Below, piece by piece: positions 44,268 to 51,745 of a DNA stretch of 64,000 bases. This stretch comes from Patescibacteria group bacterium (lineage in GTDB: Bacteria; Patescibacteriota; Kazan-3B-28): contig JAQUNP010000002.1 of NCBI GenBank assembly GCA_028717565.1, forward strand, positions 90,054 through 154,053, given 5' to 3'. Position numbers and translations under genes: made by a program. Under the pieces are notes generated by a model. That model was not told the DNA's origin. It worked only from the letters and a program-made list of their open reading frames with translations, and did not search any database. The first letter of the stretch is position 1. Each line of letters starts with the position of its first letter.

Positions 44268-44296
44268 TTGACTGGGAACGGGTTTTTGCGTATAAA
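44268..44296 (+). promoter_or_regulatory. Conserved promoter module copy 1 (+ half)
   Basis: TTGACT-GGGAACGGGTTTTTGCG-TATAAA. The back-to-back minus-strand promoter reads TTGATT (rc of 44256-44261)-17nt-TAGTAT. Confidence 0.65.
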
Positions 44297-44330
44297 ATAA
44301 GAGGTAATTATAAGTGCTGGGGGTAACGAG

Positions 44331-44630
44331 ATGTGTCGTTGTCCTTTTTATGGATTTGCGGTCATGGTCCCTGAGATAGGGGTTATGCTGCACTCGGGTG
44401 GCAATCAGTGTGCCATTATCACGGGTTCGTATAGCCCCTGTCAGATGGAGGTGGCCGGCGAAATGCCGAACTGGGACGAATGTCCGTTTCAGCGGCAGAG
44501 AGGCCCGGAGCTTTTGGCCAGGGTTAAAGAATTTCGAGTACACCCTGGTGACTCCCATCCCAATGTCCAATGTTCAGAGGACGGCATGTCCTTTGAAGAA
44601 TGGTTCGAGGCGGTGATGGAGGAGGCCTAG
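44331..44630 (+). CDS. Hypothetical 99-aa Cys-rich protein
   Basis: MCRCPFYGF...GGNQCAI...SPCQME...DECPF. Lies downstream of promoter module copy 1. Confidence 0.5.
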   Translation: MCRCPFYGFAVMVPEIGVMLHSGGNQCAIITGSYSPCQMEVAGEMPNWDECPFQRQRGPELLARVKEFRVHPGDSHPNVQCSEDGMSFEEWFEAVMEEA

Positions 44631-44654
44631 GGCTTCCGGTGAACGGTATAAGTT

Positions 44655-44696
44655 AGGGTGGCTGGCGGCAAGGCTTTGTCCAGCTACCCTGCTTTT
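44655..44696 (+). terminator. Intrinsic terminator
   Basis: AGGGTGGCTGG...CCAGCTACCCT followed by GCTTTTG. Confidence 0.65.
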
Positions 44697-44852
44697 GTCA
44701 TGGACATGGAGCCGCGATTGAAGAGAATGATAACTTGTGATAGGAAGCAACAAACATAGCGACTCATCGGTGGAGATTAGAAACGCAGATGTTATTGACC
44801 AGGGGCTGAAAAGTGTGCTACCAATAAGTCATTACAGTAGAGGAGCGGGGAT

Positions 44853-45245
44853 ATGAACATTTTTGTATCGTTGGCATTGGTTACGATCGGGATACTGAGT
44901 TGTGCGTGGGCACAACATGTGGCAATCCTGATCGACCGCTTGGAAGAAACGTTTCCAAGTAAGGGTTTCCGAAGGGCCGCTAATCGTGCTGGGCTGCATT
45001 TCATGGTTCTGTTTGGGTTTCTGCTGTTGGGATCGGCCGGCTGGGGCTGGGAAACAAATCACGTTCTTTGGGCCAAGATGAGTGGGCTAGTCGGCGCGGT
45101 GGGACTATTCCTTATCATCAAGATTGTGGCAGCAGCCATCGTGGCACTTGTGGTAACAAGTGTGCTGGAACTTATCGGCTTACTGAACGTGTTGCTTTGG
45201 CCGTTGGCGCCATTGGTGTATCTGGCCAGGAAACGATACCGCTAA
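44853..45245 (+). CDS. Hypothetical 4-TM membrane protein
   Basis: GAGGAGCGGGG RBS. Four hydrophobic helices. Confidence 0.55.
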   Translation: MNIFVSLALVTIGILSCAWAQHVAILIDRLEETFPSKGFRRAANRAGLHFMVLFGFLLLGSAGWGWETNHVLWAKMSGLVGAVGLFLIIKIVAAAIVALVVTSVLELIGLLNVLLWPLAPLVYLARKRYR

Positions 45246-45403
45246 AAACGGATCAACCAAACAAATTTGTACATAACGGGTCGCCCAGCGATGGGTGGCC
45301 CGGGCTTCATTGTGAGTGCAGTACAAAGTTGAAAATTGGGAGGGGTCTAAGATTTGGGATAGAATGAAGGTTGGGGGTATATGAATAAACCCAAGGAGGA
45401 TGT

Positions 45404-46237
45404 ATGTTAGATTTCTTATCGTGGAATTTTGGCGGATTGATCATTTTGATTTTGATATTATCCATCAAGCAGATTAATCAGTATGAAAAAGGAGTGAGAT
45501 TTACACTCGGTCGGTACTCGGGCATGATGGAGCCGGGCTGGAGATTGATCTGGCCGATTTTCCAGTCGTATCGCAAGGTAGATACTCGCGTGAAGGCGGT
45601 GGATGTGCCAACACAAGAAGCGATTACAAAAGACAATATTTCGGTGAGTGTGAATGCGGTGATTTATTACAAAGTGAGCTCTGCAGAAAAAGCGGTTTTG
45701 GAAGTGGAGAATTTTTTCTATGCCGTGTCCCAACTGGCTCAAACCACCATGCGCAATGCGGTGGGCAAGGTGAATCTGGATGAGCTGCTCTCCGAGAGAG
45801 ATAGAGTATCGGATGAGATAAAAAATATTATCGACAAAGCCACTGACCCGTGGGGGATTCAGGTAATCAATGTGGAGCTCAAAGACATTACTTTGCCAGA
45901 AGAGATGAAACGGGTAATCGGTAAGCAGGCCGAGGCAGAGCGCGAGAAGCGTTCGGTTATCATTAAAGCTGAAGGCGAAGTGGTGGCTTCGGAAAACATG
46001 GCTAAAGCCGCCAAGATGCTTTCTAGTGCGGATGGCGCTCTGCATTTAAGAACTTTGCAATCCATCAATGATTTAAGTTCCGATCAGTCCAACACGGTGA
46101 TCTTTATGGTGCCAATGGAGGCATTGCGAGCACTGGAAGGACTGGCTAAGAAATTCAACGTCGAGCTGGGGAAGCCCCACGTAGTTTCGCCGAAGCCGGA
46201 ATCATCACGACCAGAGCCGCCTATGGCATCCGAATAA
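45404..46237 (+). CDS. SPFH/Band-7 (stomatin/HflK-C-like) protein
   Basis: AAGGAGG RBS and an N-terminal TM. SPFH blocks (VDTRVKAVDVPTQEAITKDNISVSVNAVIYYKV, WGIQVINVELKDI, AEAEREKR). Confidence 0.9.
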   Translation: MLDFLSWNFGGLIILILILSIKQINQYEKGVRFTLGRYSGMMEPGWRLIWPIFQSYRKVDTRVKAVDVPTQEAITKDNISVSVNAVIYYKVSSAEKAVLEVENFFYAVSQLAQTTMRNAVGKVNLDELLSERDRVSDEIKNIIDKATDPWGIQVINVELKDITLPEEMKRVIGKQAEAEREKRSVIIKAEGEVVASENMAKAAKMLSSADGALHLRTLQSINDLSSDQSNTVIFMVPMEALRALEGLAKKFNVELGKPHVVSPKPESSRPEPPMASE

Positions 46238-46251
46238 AATAAATGAGTACA

Positions 46252-46279
46252 AAAGCCGAGGTCTTCACCGCGGCTTTTT
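46252..46279 (+). terminator. Intrinsic terminator
   Basis: AAAGCCG...CGGCTTT followed by TTG. Confidence 0.6.
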
Positions 46280-46280
46280 G

Positions 46281-46432
46281 TTGACTGGCACTCGGGCACG
46301 GATTCTGTTTTCCTATAAAACTCTTGAGCGTTTGCAGCAGTTGTCGATATCGTTTTTTGATAAAACCCCACCGGGCTGGATACGCGAGAGGATCTTTGGC
46401 GGCATCGGAGAGGTCTTTGGGAAAAACTGACT
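46281..46432 (+). pseudogene. Relic fragment of an MsbA-like ABC transporter gene (paralog of 55425-57212)
   Basis: About 150 nt align by eye to 55706-55857 at roughly 85% identity. The frame is intact for 51 codons (LTGTRARILFSYKTLERLQQLSISFFDKTPPGWIRERIFGGIGEVFGKN*). It has no start and is truncated at both ends. Confidence 0.8.
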
Positions 46433-46571
46433 CTGGTGGCTATCAAACACTTGGCTTGCTGGGAATTTCTTGTTAGAGTGAGGGCAGCATACCTTGCTAG
46501 GACAGGCCATCGTTGTAAACGGTGGCTGATCGACAAAAGCAGGGATGACTACAGGATTTGGAGGCAACACA

Positions 46572-47030
46572 ATGTTGCGTGTGTATGTTGTACCTAGGAA
46601 TGACTCTGTTTTCCCCGGACAGGAGGTCTGGGAGATGAGTCCGGATGGTCGGTTGTGGACTACAGTATCTGCCTCAGAAGCACATCGAATCGGCTCGATA
46701 CTAAAGATCCATGGCCGTGCTTTGGATGAGGTCACCGAGGTCGTGCAGATTCCCGGTAGGATGATTCCCAGGGAAGCGCTGGATCGGCTGACGCCCTTTT
46801 GCCCGGAGACGGCCGGAAAACGCGTACTTTACCAGGTGATAGTGCCGATTCGGCTGGACGAGGTGCGACTCGAGCCTGTACCGGGCAACGATCGGTTTCA
46901 TTGGACTTCTACTGATGGGTCGTTCGTGAGCATGATCGCTCGAGCACCCGATCTGGAGACATTGGCCAAGACGCTGTCGGAACATGGCATCAAGTCGTGT
47001 CTGCACACGGAGGATGCAGTACTGCAGTAA
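46572..47030 (+). CDS. Hypothetical protein (GC-rich block)
   Basis: GGAGG lies 7 nt before the ATG at 46572. No family recognised. Confidence 0.5.
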   Translation: MLRVYVVPRNDSVFPGQEVWEMSPDGRLWTTVSASEAHRIGSILKIHGRALDEVTEVVQIPGRMIPREALDRLTPFCPETAGKRVLYQVIVPIRLDEVRLEPVPGNDRFHWTSTDGSFVSMIARAPDLETLAKTLSEHGIKSCLHTEDAVLQ

Positions 47031-47271
47031 GGCCGGTGATCTCTGGACAGTTGATGAAACAGAACCCCCGAGCCCTGACCATGGATGGTCGGGGCTTTCG
47101 CTTGTGATAGATTTTGTAGCAATCTGTTTTTTTCTACGAGTTTGTGAGGAGGATTGGCAGATAAATGAAAACACTTTAGAATTTTGCTATTGCAATTCTG
47201 CGGAAGTTCCTATAATGTTGATAGGTTTTTTATGTAAAAACCTATATTTGCTAAATGTTGGGGGCATAGTC

Positions 47272-47496
47272 ATGGGATCGATTGTTCTAGATGGCGTGGA
47301 GCTTGCTCAAGACGGAGTGGTCTCTCAGGGCGAGACACTAGCCAGCGGCTTAGACAACGCAGCGGGGGGAGATATGACGTCGGCATTTTCCCTAGAGTAT
47401 TTTATCGGCTTGGTTGCCTTGATAGCTTTCTTATATTTTATTTACCGCATGGTAAAAAAGTTGGACAAGAAAGTTCGTCATGAAGATGGCGAATAG
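47272..47496 (+). CDS. Hypothetical 74-aa C-terminal-anchored protein
   Basis: TM helix FIGLVALIAFLYFIY near the C-terminus. Start trimmed from the long ORF-track entry. Confidence 0.4.
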   Translation: MGSIVLDGVELAQDGVVSQGETLASGLDNAAGGDMTSAFSLEYFIGLVALIAFLYFIYRMVKKLDKKVRHEDGE

Positions 47497-47664
47497 GCGA
47501 GGCCCAATTTTTTCGATGACCCTCTGAAGGTTGTGGAGATGGGGTGCGGGCTTTATTGACTAAAATGGGTTATCGGCTTACCCTTTATCTGAAAAAAGGG
47601 AATCTGATGTCGTAACTGGGATATCAGGTTCCGAATATTGTTCATCATAGTGAGGTGCACAGGT

Positions 47665-48081
47665 ATGGATGATTATGTCGCCTTTTGTGAGGATCACTTG
47701 CCGGCTTCGTTAGAGGAGGCGACAAGTCGCAGACGATTGCTGGTAGAGGAAATATCAGCAATCAATATACAGCTGGGCGATCGAAATCGGATTGATCCAG
47801 CTTCTGGACGACGGCTTAGCCACGAGGAGTTCTTTCAGTGGCGGACCAGGGCACTCTGTGCCAAGGCAGCAAAAGAAAGTGAGCTGCAGTTTCTCAAGGA
47901 GTGGATTACACACCAGCACAATGTTCAAAAACGGGTTGGCAGAGACAGGTGCAAAAAACTTCTGCATGAGGCTCACCGAGTATTGGCGCGGCTGCAGGGG
48001 GCGGGGCAGATTACTTCGCCCGCGGAGCTAGATGTGCTGCGAGACATTGAGGTGTATCTCGATAAGGAGCTAGTGTCCTAA
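47665..48081 (+). CDS. Hypothetical helical protein
   Basis: GAGGTG RBS. 138 aa, basic and helical. No family recognised. Confidence 0.5.
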   Translation: MDDYVAFCEDHLPASLEEATSRRRLLVEEISAINIQLGDRNRIDPASGRRLSHEEFFQWRTRALCAKAAKESELQFLKEWITHQHNVQKRVGRDRCKKLLHEAHRVLARLQGAGQITSPAELDVLRDIEVYLDKELVS

Positions 48082-48213
48082 AGGCATCCGGCCCCAAGAT
48101 TTAGGGGATTTCAAGGGCGCTCGAAACCATCAGGGCGCTCTTACTAAAACTGATAGGGGCTGGTCTTTTGTGATACGATGCAGGTACATGTACGGTCCCA
48201 TTTTGGAGGTGTA

Positions 48214-48825
48214 ATGATGCGGATTGTAAGAATCTTGATGCTTGTTGTTATGCTTGGGGTGATGTTCCGGCCCGGGGCCACAGTATCCTCAAGCGCATTG
48301 ACTGCTGATGATCCAGGAAAGGATCAAGCCACTCAATTGGTGAAGACCAACCTGCACAATCTCCAGTTGGCGCTTGAACGTTGGTGTGTTGATCACTATC
48401 CACTGGATAGTGAAGGGCGGGTCGTTGGGTCCCAACCCAATTATCCGGAAAGTATCAGCGCACTGGTCAAGGCCGGATACGTGTCGCCCGGGTTGGCTCC
48501 CAACCCACTGGTCGGTGACGATCCCGGGGAATTCGACACCATGGATGTACCGCCAATCTGGAATGACGATTTGTCCCCTGGCAATTTTACGTATCTGCTG
48601 TGTGATGATGGTCGGGGGTATCTTTTGATCGGGTACGGCGCTACACGGGAGGCCTGTCTGAGTACGCCCCGAAGCATGGATGGTGATAGCATCCCCGATG
48701 GTGTCATCTTGGTGCTGGGATCAAACCCCGAGTTTATGGACTATGATGCGTTGTCTGGTGAGGGAAAGACAATGTTGTGGGGCGGTCGGATGTTTCGGAT
48801 CCAGTTTGTGGATGTGGGCGATTAG
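48214..48825 (+). CDS. Hypothetical secreted protein
   Basis: GGAGG RBS. Signal peptide MMRIVRILMLVVMLGVMF. Confidence 0.55.
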   Translation: MMRIVRILMLVVMLGVMFRPGATVSSSALTADDPGKDQATQLVKTNLHNLQLALERWCVDHYPLDSEGRVVGSQPNYPESISALVKAGYVSPGLAPNPLVGDDPGEFDTMDVPPIWNDDLSPGNFTYLLCDDGRGYLLIGYGATREACLSTPRSMDGDSIPDGVILVLGSNPEFMDYDALSGEGKTMLWGGRMFRIQFVDVGD

Positions 48826-48850
48826 TCGCCTGATTGGTCTAGGCAGTCAT

Positions 48851-48886
48851 ATAAAGCCGGGTGGTGCACTCGGCTTTATTTATTTA
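48851..48886 (+). terminator. Intrinsic terminator
   Basis: ATAAAGCCG...CGGCTTTAT followed by TTATTTAT. Confidence 0.7.
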
Positions 48887-48954
48887 CTTATTTGTTGGAG
48901 CTGAGGCAATTCTATGCCCATTTTTATATCACAATAGAATATCCCGTCACTATG

Positions 48955-48970
48955 TACGCTATATAGCGTA
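48955..48970. repeat. 16-bp perfect palindrome TACGCTATATAGCGTA
   Basis: Shares the core ACGCTATATAGCGT with 42071-42094. Confidence 0.8.
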
Positions 48971-49010
48971 AGTACTATGGTGTTGTTTGATGATCGGGCA
49001 GATTTTGAAT

Positions 49011-49056
49011 AAAAAAGAACCGCACCGGCTGGGTTGGAACCAGTGCATGGTGCGGT
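49011..49056 (-). terminator. 46-nt structured terminator, copy 2
   Basis: Matches 42616-42661 at 45 of 46 nt. Confidence 0.8.
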
Positions 49057-49087
49057 CTTTGTGCCAGTGTTTGGCAGGTGCAGAGGG

Positions 49088-49780
49088 CTAGCTGTTGCCC
49101 TCGGATGCGGGAGTTGTGACGGGCGTCTCGGTTTCGGCCGGGGTGTCGTCGACGCCTGGGCCGACGAACCCCATCCCCGCTGGGAAGTTGACTGGGTCGG
49201 CGGATTCTTCGCTCTTCGTCGAGGTCGTGCCGTCGAGGGGCATACTTCCGGACTGGGGAATTTCCAGGTCCAGCATGTATGCAACATGTATGCCCAGCAC
49301 ACTCCCGCCACAAGCGACAGCTGTGGGGCGGACGATGTGCGGGTAGAAGAGCTCTTCGCCGGAGATCCGGCAGATGAGCTCCTCGAGTTGTTCGATAACT
49401 GCCAAGGTGCAGACCGAACATCCTCGAATGTGCTCAACGACGGCTTGCCGGTAGTCCACAGCTGGGTTGTCGTCTGCGTGGGGGTGCGCAGCCAACAGGC
49501 ACTTCACCGCTTGCTTGGCCAGCTTCTTGGGGCTGGGGTGGCGCGGTGGTGGTGACTGCAGACAGGTCGCAAGGCGTGTCATGCTACTGAGGTTGACGTG
49601 TCCGTTCAGTAGCGACAGGGCCCACCGTTGTAAGGCAAGCCACGCAATTCTTGGGTCGGGCTCCTGAGCTAGGGGCCGAACTGTGACAGACCGCCAGACC
49701 TCGATGCCCAGCATCTCGGCGGCGGTGACCAGCAGGATCAGTGGCAATTGCTGCCACATACTATACTTTTTCAGTTGCAT
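49088..49780 (-). CDS. Hypothetical protein with an HxxxCxxC (zf-HC2/ZAS-like) motif
   Basis: GGGAGA RBS. EHIRGCSVC (H117, C121, C124; nt 49409-49432). Acidic, Pro/Thr-rich C-terminus. Confidence 0.55.
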   Translation of the reverse strand: MQLKKYSMWQQLPLILLVTAAEMLGIEVWRSVTVRPLAQEPDPRIAWLALQRWALSLLNGHVNLSSMTRLATCLQSPPPRHPSPKKLAKQAVKCLLAAHPHADDNPAVDYRQAVVEHIRGCSVCTLAVIEQLEELICRISGEELFYPHIVRPTAVACGGSVLGIHVAYMLDLEIPQSGSMPLDGTTSTKSEESADPVNFPAGMGFVGPGVDDTPAETETPVTTPASEGNS

Positions 49781-49850
49781 CGGTTTCTCCCGGACACTAC
49801 TTGGGTTGACGATAACGTATCAATAGGTTTTTTGGCTGTCAAGGGTTTCC

Positions 49851-49879
49851 TTGACTGGGAGCGGTTTTTTGTTTATTTT
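49851..49879 (+). promoter_or_regulatory. Conserved promoter module copy 2 (+ half)
   Basis: TTGACT-GGGAGCGGTTTTTTGTT-TATTTT. The back-to-back minus-strand -35 is TTGACA (rc of 49837-49842). Confidence 0.6.
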
Positions 49880-49907
49880 AAAATCATCTTTTTGACGGGA
49901 GAGAGTC

Positions 49908-50300
49908 ATGATGGGCGACGAAGGAACAGGTGCACCTCTTATGTTATGGGCAAACATGAGCGAGCCCGAGGTTATGTCAGCTCCGCCAAGAGCGCGGCCG
50001 GTGATGATTGGGGTGGCTACGGTGCTGGTGTTGCCGGAGGTGCAGGAGAGTGCCCCCCTGGGCTTTCGAAAGTTTTTCCAGGAGTACTTCTTGCCGAGCT
50101 GGCTTGGTCAACAGGCCTATGTTTGGGCAAGAGTGGGCGATGCAGCTCTGGCCAAGTTTGGGCCCGGCCGTGCGCCGGCACATCCGGAAGCCGTGGCACA
50201 GTACGGGGAGGATGGCGAGGAACGCAATGTGATTCAGTGGCTGGTGGATTTGTACCGGCGGGATCCTTCTCGCGTGACTATCCTGGGATGGTTTTCATAA
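49908..50300 (+). CDS. Hypothetical 130-aa protein
   Basis: GGGAGAGAG RBS. Downstream of promoter module copy 2. GC-rich. Confidence 0.45.
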   Translation: MMGDEGTGAPLMLWANMSEPEVMSAPPRARPVMIGVATVLVLPEVQESAPLGFRKFFQEYFLPSWLGQQAYVWARVGDAALAKFGPGRAPAHPEAVAQYGEDGEERNVIQWLVDLYRRDPSRVTILGWFS

Positions 50301-50318
50301 GGGGAGGCAAGATGATCT

Positions 50319-50355
50319 TTTGCCCTGGCGCAGCTGCGCCAGGGCAAATTATTTT
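50319..50355 (+). terminator. Intrinsic terminator
   Basis: TTGCCCTGGCGCA-GC-TGCGCCAGGGCAA palindromic stem followed by ATTATTTT. Confidence 0.75.
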
Positions 50356-50369
50356 GATACAATTAACTC

Positions 50370-50894
50370 ATGAATAAGTGGTGGTGGGCGGTGTTGGTAG
50401 TAATTTTGCTGGTAGCTTTGTGGGCGACTGGTTTTTTGGATACCAGCCAAGTGCATGATTTCCGGTCGTGCGTTGAGGCCGGCAACCCGGTGATGGAGAG
50501 CTATCCTCGTCAATGTAGCGACGGTGTTCATACATATACCGAAGACATCGGCAATGTTTTGGAAAAGGCCGATGTGATAGTTTTGGACAATGTAGTGCCA
50601 AATCAAACTATTTCTAGTCCACTAAAACTAGAGGGACGAGCTGTGGGTCAGTGGTATTTTGAGGCCTCATTCCCGGTGGAACTAAAAGACGGTAATGGTG
50701 CGACTATTGTCACAGCTGTGGCTGAAGCGCAAGGTGATTGGATGACAGAAGCGTTTGTACCGTTTGAAGTCACGCTTAAATTTACTACGCCAGTTACATC
50801 CACGGGTACACTGGTTCTGCATAAAGACAACCCGTCTGGCGAAGTGTCCAATGATGACGAGTTGGTAGTTCCAGTAAGTTTTGGGGGAGAGTAA
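50370..50894 (+). CDS. Gmad2 immunoglobulin-like domain protein, membrane-anchored
   Basis: N-terminal TM. ISSPLKLEGRAVGQWYFEASFPVELKDGNG pattern typical of Gmad2. Confidence 0.65.
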   Translation: MNKWWWAVLVVILLVALWATGFLDTSQVHDFRSCVEAGNPVMESYPRQCSDGVHTYTEDIGNVLEKADVIVLDNVVPNQTISSPLKLEGRAVGQWYFEASFPVELKDGNGATIVTAVAEAQGDWMTEAFVPFEVTLKFTTPVTSTGTLVLHKDNPSGEVSNDDELVVPVSFGGE

Positions 50895-50899
50895 ATATT

Positions 50900-51214
50900 A
50901 TGGGGAGGATTAATTTGGTGCCACCGGTCACAGTGGCCAAACAAGCCGAGAAGGGTCTTGAGCTTCGTCGTAGATTTGGCCGAGGGGGAACGGCCGTGGG
51001 TATAGCTCGGGCTCGGGATTTGAAGAACAGAAAAACTTTGACACCAGAAACCATCATGCGGATGGTTTCGTATTTTGCTAGGCACGAAATCGACAAAAAA
51101 GGTAAGGATTTTTATAACAAGGAACGTCCATCTAATGGCTATATTGCTTGGCTGCTATGGGGTGGTGAGCCCGGTAAGACCTGGGCCAATAAAACGAAAG
51201 GGCTTTTGAAATGA
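50900..51214 (+). CDS. Hypothetical conserved 104-aa protein
   Basis: Compact basic protein. ATGA-coupled to the tspO-like gene. Confidence 0.5.
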   Translation: MGRINLVPPVTVAKQAEKGLELRRRFGRGGTAVGIARARDLKNRKTLTPETIMRMVSYFARHEIDKKGKDFYNKERPSNGYIAWLLWGGEPGKTWANKTKGLLK

Positions 51215-51681
51215 AGACAACACTTCCCTATCTACTCATAATAATGTCTGTGTCGGCGGTAGCATTGGTTGGCGGGTGGCTGACATCCCTTGGTATTCCC
51301 GATTGGTATGAAACATTGACTTTGCCAGCAATTGCTCCTGGTGGCAGTGTAATAGGCACGATTTGGACAATTATTTTTGTGCTGGCGGCCTGGGCTGTGA
51401 TGTTGATGTGGCGGGACAGAAAAAAATTTAATAATTTCAATCTTTTGCTAGATCTCTTGCTGATTAATGCGATTTTAAATGTGGGTTGGTCGTGGGTGTT
51501 TTTTGTTCAACATGCTCTTGCGTGGGCAGTGGTAGAGATGATAGTTCTGAATCTTACTACACTCATAATCATTGTGTGGACAATGCGCAAGGTGTCTCTA
51601 GCTGGGTGGTTGTTAGTGCCCTACTTTGCGTGGGTGGGGTTTGCCACTTATTTGGCGTATCAAATTTATATTTTGAATTAA
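51211..51681 (+). CDS. tspO: TspO/MBR tryptophan-rich sensory protein
   Basis: Five TM helices. The WYETLTLPAIAPGG and W-rich helices match the TspO pattern. Confidence 0.85.
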   Translation: MKTTLPYLLIIMSVSAVALVGGWLTSLGIPDWYETLTLPAIAPGGSVIGTIWTIIFVLAAWAVMLMWRDRKKFNNFNLLLDLLLINAILNVGWSWVFFVQHALAWAVVEMIVLNLTTLIIIVWTMRKVSLAGWLLVPYFAWVGFATYLAYQIYILN

Positions 51682-51728
51682 AAACCGCGCAGTCAACCAG
51701 AGCTTGTCTGGCGACCACGCGATTTTTT
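51680..51728. terminator. Bidirectional terminator between tspO and gmd
   Basis: AAAAACCGCG...CCAGA-GCTTG-TCTGG...CGCGATTTTTT. Confidence 0.6.
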
Positions 51729-51745
51729 CAAGGTGACTCGGTGGT

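Noticed and set aside
45458-46045. 195-aa minus-strand ORF opposite the SPFH gene
   Set aside because: The SPFH assignment on the + strand is strong. The antisense product has no motifs or RBS.
48880-50377. Multiple overlapping ORFs of 148-209 aa in alternative frames around 48.9-50.4 kb (48880-49437, 48975-49421, 49034-49555, 49748-50377)
   Set aside because: These are Arg/Pro/Gly-rich shadow frames of GC-rich DNA that cross intergenic promoter and terminator elements. Only the frames with GGAG-type RBSs (49088-49780 minus, 49908-50300 plus) were kept.
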